From positions 649,740 through 713,739 of the forward strand of contig CM082578.2 of assembly GCA_040954595.2 (NCBI GenBank): DNA of 64,000 bases. Reading direction: 5' to 3'. A program made the position numbers and the translations under genes. Under the pieces are notes generated by a model. It was not told the DNA's origin and ran no database searches. It saw nothing but the letters and a program-made list of their open reading frames with translations. This DNA is from Balanoglossus misakiensis. Its lineage: Eukaryota > Animalia > Hemichordata. This document shows positions 53,101 to 64,000 of the stretch, piece after piece. Position 1 is the stretch's first letter, and each line of letters opens with the position of its first letter.

Positions 53101-56100
53101 CATGAGAGGTCTTACCCATCATTGGCACAAACAGTCTCAGGAAGTAAGCTTTCAGCCTACCAATGTAGCTATTATATTTTCCACTTTTTGTAAGTGAAGC
53201 CTGAGTGTCGCCTGTCTTAGGTCACCACTTCATAAACGGTCATACCCGTCATTGGCACAAACAGTCTCAGGAAGTAAGCTTTCAGCCTACCAATGTAGCA
53301 TTTATATTTTCCACTTTTTGTAAGTGAAGCCTGAGTGTCGCCTGTCTTAGGTCACCACTTCATAAGAGGTCTTACCCGTTATTGGCACAAACAGTCTCAG
53401 GAAGTAAGCTTTCAGCCTACCAATGTAGCTATTATATTTTCCACTTTTTGTAAGTGAAGCCTGAGTGTCGCCTGTCTTAGGTCACCACTTCATAAGCGGT
53501 CTTACCCGTCCTGGGCACAAACAGTCTCAGGAAGTAAGCTTTCAGCCTACCAATGTAGCTATTATATTTTCCACTTTTTGTAAGTGAAGCCTGCGTGTCG
53601 CCTGTCTTAGGTCACCACTTCATAAGCGGTCTTACCCGTCATTGGCACAAACAGTCTCAGGAAGTAAGCTTTCAGCCTACCAATGTAGCTATTATATTTT
53701 CCACTTTTTGTAAGTGAAGCCTGAGTGTCGCCTGTCTTAGGTCACCACTTCATAAGAGGTCTTACCCGTCATTGGCACAAACAGTCTCAGGAAGTAAGCT
53801 TTCAGCCTACCAATGTAGCATTTATATATTCCACTTTTTGTAAGTGAAGTCTGAGTGTCGCCTGTCTTAGGTCACCACTTCATAAGAGGTCTTACCCGTT
53901 ATTGGCACAAACAGTCTCAGGAAGTAAGCTTTCAGCCTACCAATGTAGCTATTGTATTTTCCACTTTTTGTAAGTGAAGCCTGAGTGTCGCCTGTCTTAG
54001 GTCACCACTTCATAAGCGGTCTTACCCGTCATTGGCACAAACAGTCTCAGGAAGTAAGCTTTCAGCCTACCAATGTAGCTATTATATTTTCCACTTTTTG
54101 TAAGTGAAGCCTGAGTGTCGCCTGTCTTAGGTCACCACTTCATAAGCGGTCTAACCCGTCATTGGCACAAACAGTCTCAGGAAGTAAGCTTTCAGCCTAC
54201 CAATGTAGCTATTATATTTTCCACTTTTTGTAAGTGAAGCCTGACTGTCGCCTGTCTTAGGTCCCCACTTCATAAGCGGTCTTACCCGTCATTGGCACAA
54301 ACAGTCTCAGGAAGTAAGCTTTCAGCCTACCAATGTAGCTATTATATTTTCCACTTTTTGTAAGTGAAGCGTGACTGTCGCCTGTCTTAGGTCACCACTT
54401 CATAAACGGTATTACCCGTCATTGGTACAAACAGTCTCAGGAAGTAAGCTTTCAGCCTACCAATGTAGCTATTATATTTTCCACTTTTTGTAAGTGAAGC
54501 CTGAGTGTCGCCTGTCTTAGGTCACCACTTCATAAGAGGTCATACCCGTCATTGGCACAAACAGTCTCAGGAAGTAAGCTTTCAGCCTACCAATGTAGCT
54601 ATTATATTTTCCACTTTTTGTAAGTGAAGCCTGCGTGTCGCCTGTCTTAGGTCACCACTTCATAAGCGGACTTACCCGTCATTGGCATAAACAGTCTCAG
54701 GAAGTAAGCTTTCAGCCTACCAATGTAGCTATTATATTTTCCACTTTTTGTAAGTGAAGCCTGAGTGTCGCCTGTCTTAGGTCACCACTTCATAAGAGGT
54801 CTTACCCGTCATTGGCACAAACAGTCTCAGGAAGTAAGCTTTCAGCCTACCAATGTAGCTATTATATTTTCCACTTTTTGTAAGTGAAGCCTGAGTGTCG
54901 CCTGTCTTAGGTCACCACTTCATAAACGGTCTTACCCGTCATTGGCACAAACAGTCTCAGGAAGTAAGCTTTCAGCCTACCAATGTAGCTATTATATTTT
55001 CCACTTTTTGTAAGTGAAGCCTGAGTGTCGCCTGTCTTAGGTCACCACTTCATAAGAGGTCTTACCCGTCATTGCCACAAACAGTCTCAGGAAGTAAGCT
55101 TTCAGCCTACCAATGTAGCTATTATATTTTCCACTTTTTGTAAGTGAAGCCTGACTGTCGCCTTTCTTAGGTCAACATTTCATAAGCGGTCTTACCCGTC
55201 ATTGGCACAAACAGTCTCAGGAAGTAAGCTTTCAGCCTACCAATGTAGCTAATATATTTTAAACTTTTTGTAAGTGAAGCCTGAGTGTCGCCTGTCTTAG
55301 GTCACCACTTCATAAGAGGTCTTACCCGTCATTGGCACAAACAGTCTCAGGAAGTAAGCTTTCAGCCTACCAATGTAGCTATTATATTTTCCACTTTTTG
55401 TAAGTGAAGCCTGACTGTCGCCTTTCTTAGGTCAACATTTCATAAGCGGTCTTACCCGTCATTGGCACAAACAGTCTCAGGAAGTAAGCTTTCAGCCTAC
55501 CAATGTAGCTAATATATTTTAAACTTTTTGTAAGTGAAGCCTGAATGTCGCCTGTCTTAGGTCACCACTTCATAAGCGGTCTTACCCGTCATTGGCACAA
55601 ACAGTCTCAGGAAGTTAGCTTTCAGCCTACCAATGTAGCTATTATATTTTCCACTTTTTGTAAGTGAAGCCTGAGTGTCGCCTGTCTTAGGTCACCACTT
55701 CATAAGAGGTCTTACCCGTCATTGGCACAAACAGTCTCAGGAAGTAAGCTTTCAGCCTACCAATGTAGCATTTATATTTTCCACTTTTTGTAAGTGAAGC
55801 CTGAGTGTCGCCTGTCTTAGGTCACCACTTCATAAGAGGTCTTACCCGTTATTGGCACAAACAGTCTCAGGAAGTAAGCTTTCAGCCTACCAATGTAGCT
55901 ATTATATTTTCCACTTTTTGTAAGTGAAGCCTGAGTGTCGCCTGTCTTAGGTCACCACTTCATAAGCGGTCTTACCCGTCCTGGGCACAAACAGTCTCAG
56001 GAAGTAAGCTTTCAGCCTACCAATGTAGCTATTATATTTTCCACTTTTTGTAAGTGAAGCGTGACTGTCGCCTGTCTTAGGTCACCACTTCATAAACGGT

Positions 56101-59100
56101 CTTACCCGTCATTGGTACAAACAGTCTCAGGAAGTAAGCTTTCAGCCTACCAATGTAGCTATTATATTTTCCACTTTTTGTAAGTGAAGCCTGAGTGTCG
56201 CCTGTCTTAGGTCACCACTTCATAAGAGGTCATACCCGTCATTGGCACAAACAGTCTCAGGAAGTAAGCTTTCAGCCTACCAATGTAGCTATTATATTTT
56301 CCACTTTTTGTAAGTGAAGCCTGACTGTCGCCTGTCTTAGGTCACCACTTCATAAGCGGTCTTACCCGTCATTGGCACAAACAGTCTCAGGAAGTAAGCT
56401 TTCAGCCTACCAATGTAGCTATTATATTTTCCACTTTTTGTAAGTGAAGCCTGAGTGTCGCCTGTCTTAGGTCACCACTTCATAAGAGGTCTTACCCGTC
56501 ATTGGCACAAACAGTCTCAGGAAGTAAGCTTTCAGCCTACCAATGTAGCATTTATATATTCCACTTTTTGTAAGTGAAGCCTGAGTGTCGCCTGTCTTAG
56601 GTCACCACTTCATAAGAGGTCTTACCCGTTATTGGCACAAACAGTCTCAGGAAGTAAGCTTTCAGCCTACCAATGTAGCTATTGTATTTTCCACTTTTTG
56701 TAAGTGAAGCCTGAGTGTCGCCTGTCTTAGGTCACCACTTCATAAGCGGTCTTACCCGTCATTGGCACAAACAGTCTCAGGAAGAAAGCTTTCAGCCTAC
56801 CAATGTAGCTATTATATTTTCCACTTTTTGTAAGTGAAGCCTGAGTGTCGCCTGTCTTAGGTCACCACTTCATAAGCGGTCTAACCCGTCTTTGGCACAA
56901 ACAGTCTCAGGAAGTAAGCTTTCAGCCTACCAATGTAGCTATTATATTTTCCACTTTTTGTAAGTGAAGCCTGACTGTCGCCTGTCTTAGGTCACCACTT
57001 CATAAGCGGTCTTACCCGTCATTGGCACAAACAGTCTCAGGAAGTAAGCTTTCAGCCTACCAATGTAGCTATTATATTTTCCACTTTTTGTAAGTGAAGC
57101 CTGAGTGTCGCCTGTCTTAGGTCACCACTTCATGAGAGGTCTTACCCATCATTGGCACAAACAGTCTCAGGAAGTAAGCTTTCAGCCTACCAATGTAGCT
57201 ATTATATTTTCCACTTTTTGTAAGTGAAGCCTGAGTGTCGCCTGTCTTAGGTCACCACTTCATAAACGGTCATACCCGTCATTGGCACAAACAGTCTCAG
57301 GAAGTAAGCTTTCAGCCTACCAATGTAGCATTTATATTTTCCACTTTTTGTAAGTGAAGCCTGAGTGTCGCCTGTCTTAGGTCACCACTTCATAAGAGGT
57401 CTTACCCGTTATTGGCACAAACAGTCTCATGAAGTAAGCTTTCAGCCTACCAATGTAGCTATTATATTTTCCACTTTTTGTAAGTGAAGCCTGAGTGTCG
57501 CCTGTCTTAGGTCACCACTTCATAAGCGGTCTTACCCGTCCTGGGCACAAACAGTCTCAGGAAGTAAGCTTTCAGCCTACCAATGTAGCTATTATATTTT
57601 CCACTTTTTGTAAGTGAAGCCTGCGTGTCGCCTGTCTTAGGTCACCACTTCATAAGCGGTCTTACCCGTCATTGGCACAAACAGTCTCAGGAAGTAAGCT
57701 TTCAGCCTACCAATGTAGCTATTATATTTTCCACTTTTTGTAAGTGAAGCCTGAGTGTCGCCTGTCTTAGGTCACCACTTCATAAGAGGTCTTACCCGTC
57801 ATTGGCACAAACAGTCTCAGGAAGTAAGCTTTCAGCCTACCAATGTAGCATTTATATATTCCACTTTTTGTAAGTGAAGCCTGAGTGTCGCCTGTCTTAG
57901 GTCACCACTTCATAAGAGGTCTTACCCGTTATTGGCACAAACAGTCTCAGGAAGTAAGCTTTCAGCCTACCAATGTAGCTATTGTATTTTCCACTTTTTG
58001 TAAGTGAAGCCTGAGTGTCGCCTGTCTTAGGTCACCACTTCATAAGCGGTCTTACCCGTCATTGGCACAAACAGTCTCAGGAAGAAAGCTTTCAGCCTAC
58101 CAATGTAGCTATTATATTTTCCACTTTTTGTAAGTGAAGCCTGAGTGTCGCCTGTCTTAGGTCACCACTTCATAAGCGGTCTAACCCGTCTTTGGCACAA
58201 ACAGTCTCAGGAAGTAAGCTTTCAGCCTACCAATGTAGCTATTATATTTTCCACTTTTTGTAAGTGAAGCCTGACTGTCGCCTGTCTTAGGTCCCCACTT
58301 CATAAGCGGTCTTACCCGTCATTGGCACAAACAGTCTCAGGAAGTAAGCTTTCAGCCTACCAATGTAGCTATTATATTTTCCACTTTTTGTAAGTGAAGC
58401 CTGAGTGTCGCCTGTCTTAGGTCACCACTTCATAAACGGTCTTACCCGTCATTGGCACAAACAGTCTCAGGAAGTAAGCTTTCAGCCTACCAATGTAGCT
58501 ATTATATTTTCCACTTTTTGTAAGTGAAGCCTGAGTGTCGCCTGTCTTAGGTCACCACTTCATAAGAGGTCTTACCCGTCATTGCCACAAACAGTCTCAG
58601 GAAGTAAGCTTTCAGCCTACCAATGTAGCTATTATATTTTCCACTTTTTGTAAGTGAAGCCTGACTGTCGCCTTTCTTAGGTCACCATTTCATAAGCGGT
58701 CTTACCCGTCATTGGCACAAACAGTCTCAGGAAGTAAGCTTTCAGCCTACCAATGTAGCTATTATATTTTCAACTTTTTGTAAGTGAAGCCTGACTGTCG
58801 CCTGTCTTAGGTCACCACTTCATAAGCGGTCTTACCCGTCATTGGCACAAACAGTCTCAGGAAGTTAGCTTTCAGCCTACCAATGTAGCTATTATATTTT
58901 CCACTTTTTGTAAGTGAAGCCTGACTGTCGCCTGTCTTAGGTCACCACTTCATAAGCGGTCTTACCCGTCATTGGCACAAACAGTCTCAGGAAGTAAGCT
59001 TTCAGCCTACCAATGTAGCTATTATATTTTCCACTTTTTGTAAGTGAAGCCTGACTGTCGCCTGTCTTAGGTCACCACTTCAGAAGAGGTCTTACCCGTC

Positions 59101-62100
59101 ATTGGCACAAACAGTCTCAGGAAGTAAGCTTTCAGCTTACCAATGTAGCTATTATATTTTCCACTTTTTGTAAGTGAAGCCTGACTGTCGCCTGTCTTAG
59201 GTCACCACTTCATAAGCGGTCTTACCCGTCATTGGCACAAACAGTCTCAGGAAGCAAGCTTTCAGCCTACCAATGTAGCTATTATATTTTCCACTTTTTG
59301 TAAGTGAAGCGTGACTGTCGCCTGTCTTAGGTCACCACTTCATAAACGGTATTACCCGTCATTGGTACAAACAGTCTCAGGAAGTAAGCTTTCAGCCTAC
59401 CAATGTAGCTATTATATTTTCCACTTTTTGTAAGTGAAGCCTGAGTGTCGCCTGTCTTAGGTCACCACTTCATAAGAGGTCATACCCGTCATTGGCACAA
59501 ACAGTCTCAGGAAGTAAGCTTTCAGCCTACCAATGTAGCTATTATATTTTCCACTTTTTGTAAGTGAAGCCTGACTGTCGCCTTTCTTAGGTCACCACTT
59601 CATAAGCGGTCTTACCCGTCATTGGCACAAACAGTCTCAGGAAGTAAGCTTTCAGCCTACCAATGTAGCTATTATATTTTCCACTTTTTGTAAGTGAAGC
59701 CTGAGTGTCGCCTGTCTTAGGTCACCACTTCATAAGAGGTCTTACCCGTCATTGGCACAAACAGTCTCAGGAAGTAAGCTTTCACCCTACCAATGTAGCT
59801 ATTATATTTTCCACTTTTTGTAAGTGAAGCCTGAGTGTCGCCTGTCTTAGGTCACCACTTCATAAACGGTCTTACCCGTCATTGGCACAAACAGTCTCAG
59901 GAAGTAAGCTTTCAGCCTACCAATGTAGCTATTATATTTTCCACTTTTTGTAAGTGAAGCCTGAGTGTCGCCTGTCTTAGGTCACCACTTCATAAACGGT
60001 CTTACCCGTCATTGGCACAAACAGTCTCAGGAAGTAAGCTTTCAGCCTACCAATGTAGCTATTATATTTTCCACTTTTTGTAAGTGAAGCCTGAGTGTCG
60101 CCTGTCTTAGGTCACCACTTCATAAGAGGTCTTACCCGTCATTGCCACAAACAGTCTCAGGAAGTAAGCTTTCAGCCTACCAATGTAGCTATTATATTTT
60201 CCACTTTTTGTAAGTGAAGCCTGACTGTCGCCTTTCTTAGGTCACCATTTCATAAGCGGTCTTACCCGTCATTGGCACAAACAGTCTCAGGAAGTAAGCT
60301 TTCAGCCTACCAATGTAGCTATTATATTTTCAACTTTTTGTAAGTGAAGCCTGACTGTCGCCTGTCTTAGGTCACCACTTCATAAGCGGTCTTACCCGTC
60401 ATTGGCACAAACAGTCTCAGGAAGTTAGCTTTCAGCCTACTAATGTAGCTATTATATTTTCCACTTTTTGTAAGTGAAGCCTGACTGTCGCCTGTCTTAG
60501 GTCACCACTTCATAAGCGGTCTTACCCGTGATTGGCACAAACAGTCTCAGGAAGTAAGCTTTCAGCCTACCAATGTAGCTATTTTATTTTCCACTTTTTG
60601 TAAGTGAAGCCTGACTGTCGCCTGTCTTAGGTCACCACTTCATAAGAGGTCTTACCCGTCATTGGCACAAACAGTCTCAGGAAGTAAGCTTTCAGCCTAC
60701 CAATGTAGCTATTATATTTTCCACTTTTTGTAAGTGAAGCCTGACTGTCGCCTGTCTTAGGTCACCACTTCATAAGCGGTCTTACCCGTCATTGGCACAA
60801 ACAGTCTCAGGAAGCAAGCTTTCAGCCTACCAATGTAGCTATTATATTTTCCACTTTTTGTAAGTGAAGCCTGAGTGTCGCCTGTCTTAGGTCACCACTT
60901 CATAAACGGTCTTACCCGTCATTGGCACAAACAGTCTCAGGAAGTAAGCTTTCAGCCTACCAATGTAGCTATTATATTTTCCACTTTTTGTAAGTGAAGC
61001 CTGAGTGTCGCCTGTCTTAGGTCACCACTTCATAAGAGGTCTTACCCGTCATTGCCACAAACAGTCTCAGGAAGTAAGCTTTCAGCCTACCAATGTAGCT
61101 ATTATATTTTCCACTTTTTGTAAGTGAAGCCTGACTGTCGCCTTTCTTAGGTCACCATTTCATAAGCGGTCTTACCCGTCATTGGCACAAACAGTCTCAG
61201 GAAGTAAGCTTTCAGCCTACCAATGTAGCTATTATATTTTCAACTTTTTGTAAGTGAAGCCTGACTGTCGCCTGTCTTAGGTCACCACTTCATAAGCGGT
61301 CTTACCCGTCATTGGCACAAACAGTCTCAGGAAGTTAGCTTTCAGCCTACTAATGTAGCTATTATATTTTCCACTTTTTGTAAGTGAAGCCTGACTGTCG
61401 CCTGTCTTAGGTCACCACTTCATAAGCGGTCTTACCCGTGATTGGCACAAACAGTCTCAGGAAGTAAGCTTTCAGCCTACCAATGTAGCTATTTTATTTT
61501 CCACTTTTTGTAAGTGAAGCCTGACTGTCGCCTGTCTTAGGTCACCACTTCATAAGCGGTCTTACCCGTGATTGGCACAAACAGTCTCAGGAAGTAAGCT
61601 TTCAGCCTACCAATGTAGCTATTTTATTTTCCACTTTTTGTAAGTGAAGCCTGACTGTCGCCTGTCTTAGGTCACCACTTCATAAGCGGTCTCACCCGTC
61701 ATTGGCACAAACAGTCTCAGGAAGTAAGCTTTCAGCCTACCAATGTAGCTATTGTTTTGTAAGTGAAGCCTGACTGTCGCCTGTCTTAGGTCACCACTTC
61801 ATAAGCGGTCTTACCCGTCATTGGAACAATCAGTCTCAGGAAGTAAGCTTTCAGCCTACCAATGTAGCTATTATATTTTCCACTTTTTGTAAGTGAAGCC
61901 TGACTGTCGCCTGTCTTAGGTCACCATTTCATAAGCGGTCTTACCCGTCATTGGCACAAACAGTCTCAGGGAGTAAGCTTTCAGCCTACCAATGTAGCTA
62001 TTATATTTTCCACTTTTTGAAAGTGAAGCCTGACTGTCGCCTGTCTTAGGTCACCACTTCATAAGCGGTCTTACCCGTCATTGGCACAAACAGTCTCAGG

Positions 62101-64000
62101 AAGTAAGCTTTCAGCCTGCCATTGTAGCTATTGTATTTTCCACTTTTTATAAGTGAAGCCTGACTGTCGCCTGTCTTAGGTCACCACTTCATAAGCGGTC
62201 TTACCCGTCATTGGCACAAACAGTCTCAGGAAGTAAGCTTTCAGCCTGCCAATGTAGCTATTGTATTTTCCACTTTTTGTAATTGAAGCCTGACTGTCGC
62301 CTGTCTTGTGTCACCACTTCATAAGCGGTCTTACCCGTCGTTGGCACAAACAGTCTCAGGAAGTAAGCTTTCAGCCTACCAATGTAGCTATTATATTTTC
62401 CACTTTTTGTAAGTGAAGCCTGACTGTCGCCTGTCTTAGGTCACCACTTCATAAGTGGTCTTACCCGTCATTGGCACAAACAGTCTCAGGAAGTAAGCTT
62501 TCAGCCTACCAATGTAGCTTTTATATTTTCCACTTTTTGTAGGTGAAGCCTGACTGTCGCCTGTCTTAGGTCACCACTTCATAAGCGGTCTTACCCGTCA
62601 TTGGCACAAACAGTCTCAGGAAGTAAGCTTTCAGCCTACCAATGTAGCTATTATATTTTCCATTTTTTGTAAGTGAAGCCTGACTGTCGCCTGTCTTAGG
62701 TCACCACCTCATAAGCGGTCTTAACCGTCATTGGCACAAACAGTCTCAGGAAGTAAGCTTTCAGCCTACCAATGTAGCTATTATATTTTCCACTTTTTGT
62801 AAGTGAAGCCTGACTGTCGCCTGTCTTAGGTCACCACTTCATAAGCGGTCTTACCCGTAATTGGCACAAACAGTCTCAGGAAGTAAGCTTTCAGCCTACC
62901 AATGTAGCTATTATATTTTCCACTTTTTGTAAGTGAAGCCTGACTGTCGCCTGTCTTAGGTCACCACTTCATAAGCGGTCTTACCCGTCATTGGCACAAA
63001 CAGTCTCAGGAAGTAAGCTTTCAGCCTACCAATGTAGCTATTGTTTTGTAAGTGAAGCCTGACTGTCGCCTGTCTTAGGTCACCACTTCATAAGCGGTCT
63101 TACCCGTCATTGGAACAATCAGTCTCAGGAAGTAAGCTTTCAGCCTACCAATGTAGCTATTATATTTTCCACTTTTTGTAAGTGAAGCCTGACTGTCGCC
63201 TGTCTTAGGTCACCATTTCATAAGCGGTCTTACCCGTCATTGGCACAAACAGTCTCAGGGAGTAAGCTTTCAGCCTACCAATGTAGCTATTATATTTTCC
63301 ACTTTTTGAAAGTGAAGCCTGACTGTCGCCTGTCTTAGGTCACCACTTCATAAGCGGTCTTACCCGTCATTGGCACAAACAGTCTCAGAAAGTAAGCTTT
63401 CAGCCTACCAATGTAGCTATTATATTTTCCACTTTTTGTAAGTGAAGCCTGACTGTCGCCTGTCTTAGGTCACCACTTCATAAGCGGTTTTACCCGTCAT
63501 TGGCACAAACAGTCTCAGGAAGTAAGCTTTCAGCCTACCAATGTAGCTATTATATTTTCCACTTTTCGTAAGTGAAGCCTGACTGTCGCCTGTCTTAGGT
63601 CACCACTTCATAAGCGGTTTTACCCGTCATTGGCACAAACAGTCTCAGGAAGTAAGCTTTCAGCCTACCAATGTAGCTATTATATTTTCCACTTTTTGTA
63701 AGTGAAGCCTGACTGTCGCCTGTCTTAGGTCACCACTTCATAAGCGGTCTTACCCGTCATTGGCACAAACAGTCTCAGGAAGTAAGCTTTCAGCCTACCA
63801 ATGTAGCTATTATATTTTCCACTTTTTGTAAGTGAAGCCTGACTGTCGCCTGTCTTAGGTCACCACTTCATAAGTGGTCTTACCCGTCATTGGCACAAAC
63901 AGTCTCAGGAAGTAAGCTTTCAGCCTACCAATGTAGCTTTTATATTTTCCACTTTTTGTAGGTGAAGCCTGACTGTCGCCTGTCTTAGGTCACCACTTCA
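32178..64000 (+). repeat. 130-bp tandem satellite array, segment 3 (~245 monomers; runs off the window end) with local 4-, 7-, 8-, 10- and 16-mer higher-order units
   Basis: Same monomer and orientation. Markers: CGCAAATAGTCTAAGG at 35191/35711 and 37271/37791 (520 and 2080 bp offsets), TAAGATGTCT at ~40891/41932/42971 (~1040 bp), GTCCTGGGC at ~45709/46619/47529 (910 bp), and an 11-bp-deleted monomer at ~61751/63040 (1289 bp). Confidence 0.99.

Noticed and set aside
1-64000. CRISPR array or repeat-plus-RT prokaryotic system (retron, DGR, RT-Cas)
   Set aside because: There are no unique spacers, the monomers are contiguous 130-bp copies, the RT is a eukaryotic APE-type LINE ORF2, and no cas or accessory genes are present.

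Overview
Eukaryotic (probably animal) satellite DNA. About 60 kb of the window is a head-to-tail array of roughly 460 copies of one 130-bp monomer, all in the same orientation and differing by only a few bases each. The array is organised into local higher-order repeats: a 24-mer of 3112 bp, a 28-mer of 3640 bp, and smaller 4-, 7-, 8-, 10- and 16-mer units. Only two foreign inserts interrupt it. The first is a 481-bp AT-rich fragment (11526-12006) that ends in a palindromic 69-bp minisatellite and appears to replace about 683 bp of array. The second is a 5'-truncated APE-RT non-LTR retrotransposon (28992-32177, probably RTE-X-like) with an ORF1 remnant, a near-intact ORF2 carrying one nonsense codon, and an (AAT)6 tail. 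Both inserts start at the same nucleotide of the monomer (CACTTCAT|AAG), which suggests a preferred cleavage or integration site in the satellite. No host genes, RNA genes or CRISPR arrays are evident.
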